NCBI GenBank assembly: GCA_036644375.1
Contig: JAVXQD010000002.1
Coordinates: 13,897-77,896, forward strand
Direction of reading: 5' to 3'
Length of the DNA stretch: 64,000 nucleotides
Source: Oscillospiraceae bacterium
Lineage (GTDB): Bacteria; Bacillota; Clostridia; Oscillospirales; Ruminococcaceae
The position numbers were made by a program, and so were the translations under genes. Below the pieces are notes generated by a model. The model saw only the letters and a program-made list of their open reading frames with translations. It made no database searches and was not told the DNA's origin. Below, piece after piece: positions 59,670 through 64,000 of this stretch. The first letter of the stretch is position 1; every line of letters starts with the position of its first letter.

Positions 59670-59802
59670 GTAAAAGTCAGTTCATACTCAACGTTTGCGA
59701 ATCGAACGGAGACCGAATTTTTTCGGCGATTGGCAGGTACAGCTATAAAATTCGGCAGCCATGCCGTTTTTAATTATAAATACACGGAAAGAGGTATTTG
59801 TT

Positions 59803-61056
59803 ATGTCACTCAACAAATTACTCCTTACAATTGCGGGACTCAGCATTTTGATTAATACGGACGAGGATGAGGCGTATACACGTGAGCTTGCCGAGGAACT
59901 CGATCGGGATATCAACACAATTCTCTCCGCCAACATGGGCGCCTCGGTCACCAATTCGGCGCTTTTGTGTGCCATTGACTATCTTGACATTGCGAAAAAA
60001 TCCGGAAAAAACGCAACCAATATGCGCAATCAGGTCAAGGACTACATGGACGAAGCAGCCAAGGCAAAATTCAAGTTCGATGAGGAGCATCGGCGCGCAA
60101 ATGAGCTCACCGTTGAAATACAGTCACTTCGCTCGCATCTCACACGGCTCGCCACCGAGGGCGACAGCTCGGGCGTTGTCGAGAACATAAAGTCCGAGCT
60201 CACCGCGGCTACTGCCGAGCTTTCGGTGCTGCGCGAAAAATCCGCCGCACTCGCCGACGCCAACAGAACTCTGAATGAAAAATCAGGAGCCATGAGCGAT
60301 TTCATCGCCGGGCAGGACCGCGAGCTTGCCCGCATGTCGTCAATAGTCGGCGAGCTGAACGCCACCGTCTCCAAAAAAGATGAGCTGCTCTCCTCACTGG
60401 CGTCACGTATAGAATCTGTCAGCAACGAAAATCGAGCGCTCAAAAGCGAATCGGCACGCATCAATTCACAGCTGGCCGAATTGGAGCAGTCAATAAATCT
60501 CGAGCGCAGCCGCTCTCAAAATCTCTACACCGAACTTGAGGCCGCCAAGCTTGACGCCGCATTTGCAATAGAAGAAGCGAAGAAGCTCAAGCAATCATTT
60601 TTTGTGCCCTCTGACGTATTCGCGGCTCCGCTGTCCGACGAGCTTGAGTCTTCGGGCTCGGCAAAGGAGCTGTCAGGTGAGCCGTCCGATGATTCCGTGG
60701 ACATCCCTCGGGACTCGCTTCACGGCGAATCTTCGGGCGTCCGATCCTTTATCCCCGCCGAATATGTCGACGCTCCCGATTCCGAAAGCAATCACACCTC
60801 TTCCGAATCCCTTCCCGAGGCAGAGAACCTGTCCGAATCCTATTCCGAACCCGATGACGGCTCGTTTGTTTTCAACAGCTTTCATGTGATTGACGATGAG
60901 CCGGAAGCTCACGCGGCTTTGAATGAGATAAAGCCGACACCTGCTTCGGAGGAGACGCTTTTGAGTTACGAGCCTATCGTTGAGGATTTGGACGAGGACA
61001 GCGGTGCAGAGGAATCCCCCGATATGCCTGACCTCAGCTGGACTCTGGAGCTTTGA
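59803..61056 (+). CDS. ZapA-domain cell-division protein fused to a long coiled coil and an acidic disordered tail
   Basis: ATG 59803 has GGAAAGAGG upstream. The N-terminal ~90 aa resemble ZapA (LTIAGLSILINTDEDEAYTRELAEELDRDI...), followed by ~190 aa of heptad-like sequence and a ~130-aa D/E/S-rich tail. Confidence 0.75.
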   Translation: MSLNKLLLTIAGLSILINTDEDEAYTRELAEELDRDINTILSANMGASVTNSALLCAIDYLDIAKKSGKNATNMRNQVKDYMDEAAKAKFKFDEEHRRANELTVEIQSLRSHLTRLATEGDSSGVVENIKSELTAATAELSVLREKSAALADANRTLNEKSGAMSDFIAGQDRELARMSSIVGELNATVSKKDELLSSLASRIESVSNENRALKSESARINSQLAELEQSINLERSRSQNLYTELEAAKLDAAFAIEEAKKLKQSFFVPSDVFAAPLSDELESSGSAKELSGEPSDDSVDIPRDSLHGESSGVRSFIPAEYVDAPDSESNHTSSESLPEAENLSESYSEPDDGSFVFNSFHVIDDEPEAHAALNEIKPTPASEETLLSYEPIVEDLDEDSGAEESPDMPDLSWTLEL

Positions 61057-61057
61057 T

Positions 61058-61504
61058 ATGAGTGTCATTTTAAAGGTAAAGCGCATTGGCAAAACCGCGC
61101 GTCTTCCCTACCGCGCCTCGCGCGGAGCCGCGGCGTACGATTTATGCGCCTGCACGGACACACCGATATCTGTACCCGTCGGGGAATTTCGCAATATTCC
61201 GACCGGTATCGCAATCGAGCTTCCTGATGAAAACCATGTGGCGCTTATCTTTTCCCGCAGCGGTCACGGAGCAAAGCTCGGGCTGAGTCTCGTGAATTCG
61301 GTCGGGGTAATCGACAGCGACTATCGCGGTGAGATATCGGTCGGAATTATCAATCACGGAAGTGAGACCTTCACCGTATCCGATGGCGACCGCATTGCGC
61401 AGATGATGCTCACGACCTGCATACCGCTTGACATAGTTGAATCCGACAGTCTCTCGGATACCGAGCGTGGAGCAGGCGGATTTGGCTCTACGGGCGCAAA
61501 ATAG
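61058..61504 (+). CDS. dut: dUTP diphosphatase
   Basis: ATG 61058; ...ASRGAAAYDL..., ...GVIDSDYRGEI..., ...RGAGGFGSTG are dUTPase motifs. Confidence 0.92.
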   Translation: MSVILKVKRIGKTARLPYRASRGAAAYDLCACTDTPISVPVGEFRNIPTGIAIELPDENHVALIFSRSGHGAKLGLSLVNSVGVIDSDYRGEISVGIINHGSETFTVSDGDRIAQMMLTTCIPLDIVESDSLSDTERGAGGFGSTGAK

Positions 61505-61562
61505 CAGCTCTGTCGCCGCACGGCTTTGTGCCGCACATAACAAAGAGGGAATTGAACAATTT

Positions 61563-61820
61563 ATGAAAAAGAATTTTATGTTTTTCTTCTACCTGATTTC
61601 GGGCATTATACTCGGCAGTCTCTTGGCTGCTGTCAGCAAAAACGTCTCCTGGCTCACCTGGCTGGCATTCGGCACCACAATCGGATTCGGCGCAAACACG
61701 CCCGCCGTTCTTGATTTGTCCGTGCTCACCGTCTGGTTTGGATTTTCATTCACGCTGACGGTCGCACATGTCGTCACAATCGGCTCGGCGATGGCAATAT
61801 ACCATGCGCGCAGGAGATGA
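61563..61820 (+). CDS. DUF4321-like small membrane protein
   Basis: ATG 61563; 85 aa: MKKNFMFFFYLISGIILGSLLA...FGFSFTLTVAHVV... It lies immediately upstream of maf. Confidence 0.7.
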   Translation: MKKNFMFFFYLISGIILGSLLAAVSKNVSWLTWLAFGTTIGFGANTPAVLDLSVLTVWFGFSFTLTVAHVVTIGSAMAIYHARRR

Positions 61821-62389
61821 GTGAGTCTGTGAAAATTATACTCGCCTCCCAAAGCCCGCGCAGACGCGAGCTTTTTTCTCTGATAACCCGCGATTTCGAG
61901 TGTGCCGTCGCGCCTGTTGACGAGCGCTCGGTCAGTTCGGCCGATGCCGAGGATTTGTGCGTCGCTCTGGCGAGGCTCAAATGCGCCGCGGTTGCCGCAA
62001 ATATGCCTCAAAATGCAGTTGTCGGCTGTGACACCGCGGTTCAGATTGAAAGCCGCATTCTCGGCAAACCGCGTTCAAAGGACGAGGCACGAGAGATGAT
62101 TTCGCTGCTTTCAGGCAAAACACACAGCGTTTACACCGGAGTGTGTATTGGGCATCTGCAAAATTTTAATTCCTTTTTCTGCCGAACCGATGTCAGCCTT
62201 TTCCGCATACCGACCGAGGCTATTGAGGAGTATATCTCCACACCCGAGCCATATGACAAGGCCGGAGCCTATGGCATTCAGGGCTGGATGGCAAAATACA
62301 TCGACAGACTCGATGGAGACTATTTCAATGTCATGGGACTTCCGTTATCCCGTGTTTATGCTGCATTAAAGGGCGAAAAATTTGTGTAA
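61817..62389 (+). CDS. maf: Maf-family nucleoside triphosphate pyrophosphatase
   Basis: ...IILASQSPRRRELF..., ...DKAGAYGIQG...; ATGA overlap with the preceding gene. Confidence 0.92.
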   Translation: MSESVKIILASQSPRRRELFSLITRDFECAVAPVDERSVSSADAEDLCVALARLKCAAVAANMPQNAVVGCDTAVQIESRILGKPRSKDEAREMISLLSGKTHSVYTGVCIGHLQNFNSFFCRTDVSLFRIPTEAIEEYISTPEPYDKAGAYGIQGWMAKYIDRLDGDYFNVMGLPLSRVYAALKGEKFV

Positions 62390-62477
62390 TATGCGACTTG
62401 CATATAGCAGTTTCAGACCCTGTACATTATTGTAATGTTAACGTCTCTCTGATATAATAATGAATGAGGTATAAAAA

Positions 62478-63209
62478 ATGGGGACAATTTCGATGATTAC
62501 ATCCGGCAAGGACGGTGTGGGCAAGTCCACAATAAGCATTTTTCTTGCTGATGCGATTGAAGCTCTCGGTAAACGGGTGCTGATAATTGAGCTGGACACC
62601 GGGCTTCGCAGCCTCGATATTATGTCGGGGGCTTATGGAAGCACTGTATTTGATATTTTCGATGTTCTGAGCGGACGCTGCACTCCCGGGCAGGCAATAG
62701 TGCATGCCCCCTCGCCGCGCAAGGAAATTTATCTGCTTTCCGCCCCATATAAAAACGAACGTGTTCAGGGTGAGCAGTTTGTAAAGCTCGTGTCTTCACT
62801 GAGCGAGCAATTCGACCATGTCATCATTGACGCTGCCAATCACGCCGGCTCAATAGTCGCCGCAAGCGCCGTGTCGATGAATGCGATAGTGGTTGCAACC
62901 CCCGATCCGCTCTCTGTTCGGGACGCGCGCATTATGACCGACCGTCTGCGCGACCTTTCCGTACCAAACATCAGACTATTGATAAATCGAGTCGTTCCGT
63001 CAAGAATACATATGGGTCTTGTGCCAAACCTCGATTACTGCATTGACAGTGTCGGCGCGCGTCTTATCGGTGTCATAACCGAGGAGGACGATATTGCAAT
63101 TTCCGCCGCGGGCGGCAGGCCGATAGGTAAAAAAAATCCATGCCGTGTAATTTTCGACAATATCGCACAGCGCATATACGGCAATGACGTTCCGCTGGCC
63201 ATCGAATAA
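62478..63209 (+). CDS. MinD/ParA-superfamily P-loop ATPase (orphan, MinD-like)
   Basis: Deviant Walker [11 protein letters not shown]; Walker B-like ...HVIIDAAN...; 243 aa ending ...NDVPLAIE with no obvious amphipathic tail. Confidence 0.75.
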   Translation: MGTISMITSGKDGVGKSTISIFLADAIEALGKRVLIIELDTGLRSLDIMSGAYGSTVFDIFDVLSGRCTPGQAIVHAPSPRKEIYLLSAPYKNERVQGEQFVKLVSSLSEQFDHVIIDAANHAGSIVAASAVSMNAIVVATPDPLSVRDARIMTDRLRDLSVPNIRLLINRVVPSRIHMGLVPNLDYCIDSVGARLIGVITEEDDIAISAAGGRPIGKKNPCRVIFDNIAQRIYGNDVPLAIE

Positions 63210-63232
63210 CATCACAAAAAAGGAGCATTCAA

Positions 63233-63637
63233 ATGAATATAGCACTGATTGCGCACGATTCCAAAAAGGAACTTATGGTTCAGTTTTGTATTGCATACTG
63301 CGGAGTTTTGTCCCACCACAACCTGTGTGCAACCGGCACGACAGGCAAGCTTATCGCCGAGGCGACCGGACTTTCAATCCAGAAATTTTTATCCGGTCCT
63401 CAGGGCGGAGATCAGCAGATCAGCGCCCGCATTGCCTGCAATGAGATCGACCTTTTGCTTTTGTTCCGCGACCCCATCGGTGCAAAGCCCCACGAGCCAA
63501 ACGAGATGAATCTGCTCCGTCTTTGCGACGTGCACAGCATACCCATGGCTACAAACATCGCAACTGCCGAGGTTCTGATTCACGGACTTGAGCGCGGCGA
63601 TCTCGACTGGCGCAACATTGTCAATCCAAAGCAGTGA
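63233..63637 (+). CDS. mgsA: Methylglyoxal synthase
   Basis: [18 protein letters not shown]...ATGTTGKLI...GPQGGDQQI... Confidence 0.94.
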   Translation: MNIALIAHDSKKELMVQFCIAYCGVLSHHNLCATGTTGKLIAEATGLSIQKFLSGPQGGDQQISARIACNEIDLLLLFRDPIGAKPHEPNEMNLLRLCDVHSIPMATNIATAEVLIHGLERGDLDWRNIVNPKQ

Positions 63638-63704
63638 GCGGGCTGCCGTTCGGCTCCTGCGCGTGCTTCGGCTTTTGACAACTGCGTGACATCTCTCTGA
63701 ATCC

Positions 63705-63751
63705 AAGACCCCCTGAGCTTCCGAAAAAGCGGACTTGCGGCGGGTCTTTTT
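63705..63751 (+). terminator. Probable rho-independent terminator after mgsA
   Basis: AAGACCC 63705-63711 pairs with GGGTCTT 63742-63748, followed by TTTTT, with an internal sub-hairpin. Confidence 0.6.
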
Positions 63752-63916
63752 GTTTATAATAATTTTCAGCTTTTGAAAATGCACCGAAAATCAGTGCATT
63801 CGGGAATAATACATTATTTAATCAAACCAAATACCCTGCTTTAATTCAAATTTAATCCTTCTGCCTTAACATGATAAAATCAGCAGACACCGTCTTATTA
63901 GAGAAAGGCTATGTAA

Positions 63917-64000
63917 ATGAAATTCATCGGAAATATTTTGTGGTTTGTGCTATGCGGGCTGATTCTTTTTCTCGGCTGGTCAATTGTCGGGCTTTTGTGG
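63917..64000 (+). CDS. YccF-domain inner membrane protein (5' partial, runs off window)
   Basis: MKFIGNILWFVLCGLILFLGWSIVGLLW resembles the YccF N-terminus. GAGAAAGG lies upstream. Confidence 0.6.
   Translation, partial: MKFIGNILWFVLCGLILFLGWSIVGLLW

Noticed and set aside
1-64000. A search for tRNA/rRNA genes, CRISPR repeats, IS elements or transposases, integrases, toxin-antitoxin pairs and defence-system hallmarks.
   Set aside because: The intergenic gaps are short (about 90-480 nt) and are accounted for by promoters and terminators. I saw no T-loop (GGTTCGAATCC-like) motifs, no regularly spaced repeats apart from the in-frame YgiQ repeat, and no recombinase- or nuclease-type ORFs other than the NYN-domain gene. 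A covariance-model or HMM scan would be needed to exclude small RNAs.

Overview
This 64-kb window looks like core chromosome from a Firmicutes/Clostridia-type genome. Sampled 60-nt lines give about 50-55% GC, and I cannot fix the taxon from the sequence alone. The centre (8.7-24.5 kb, minus strand) is a complete S10-spc-alpha ribosomal superoperon in canonical order, from rpsJ to rplQ. It includes secY, adk, map, a KOW-domain protein, infA, rpmJ and rpoA. Around it are housekeeping genes:
- cofactor and tRNA functions: nadE, a YgiQ radical-SAM protein, an isolated acpP, tsaD, rimI, dusB, metG, queH;
- DNA and nucleotide functions: polA, a hypoxanthine/uracil-DNA-glycosylase-family gene, tatD, dut, psuK-psuG;
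- carbon metabolism: GTP-type PEP carboxykinase, a GH13 amylase-family enzyme with glgP, mgsA;
- envelope, metals and division: copA-copZ, a class A PBP, a long ZapA-domain protein, DUF4321, maf, an orphan MinD-like ATPase.

I recognised no rRNA, tRNA, CRISPR array, transposase, integrase or phage gene. The only accessory-looking piece is a lower-GC five-gene block of uncharacterised envelope proteins at ~350-3700. It includes a DUF2975 membrane protein paired with a small HTH regulator, and its exact-consensus promoter is bracketed by two palindromes.

I did not find a convincing novel multi-gene system. The best leads are local oddities:
- uL30 with a ~100-aa Ala/Lys-rich N-terminal extension;
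- a 216-nt structured spacer inside the S10 operon between rplW and rplB;
- a ~300-nt leader before rpsJ;
- a 48-codon ORF whose Shine-Dalgarno sequence sits in a hairpin;
- the orphan MinD-like ATPase;
- the psuK-psuG-membrane protein operon.

All calls rest on reading the supplied translations and the DNA by eye; no searches were run.
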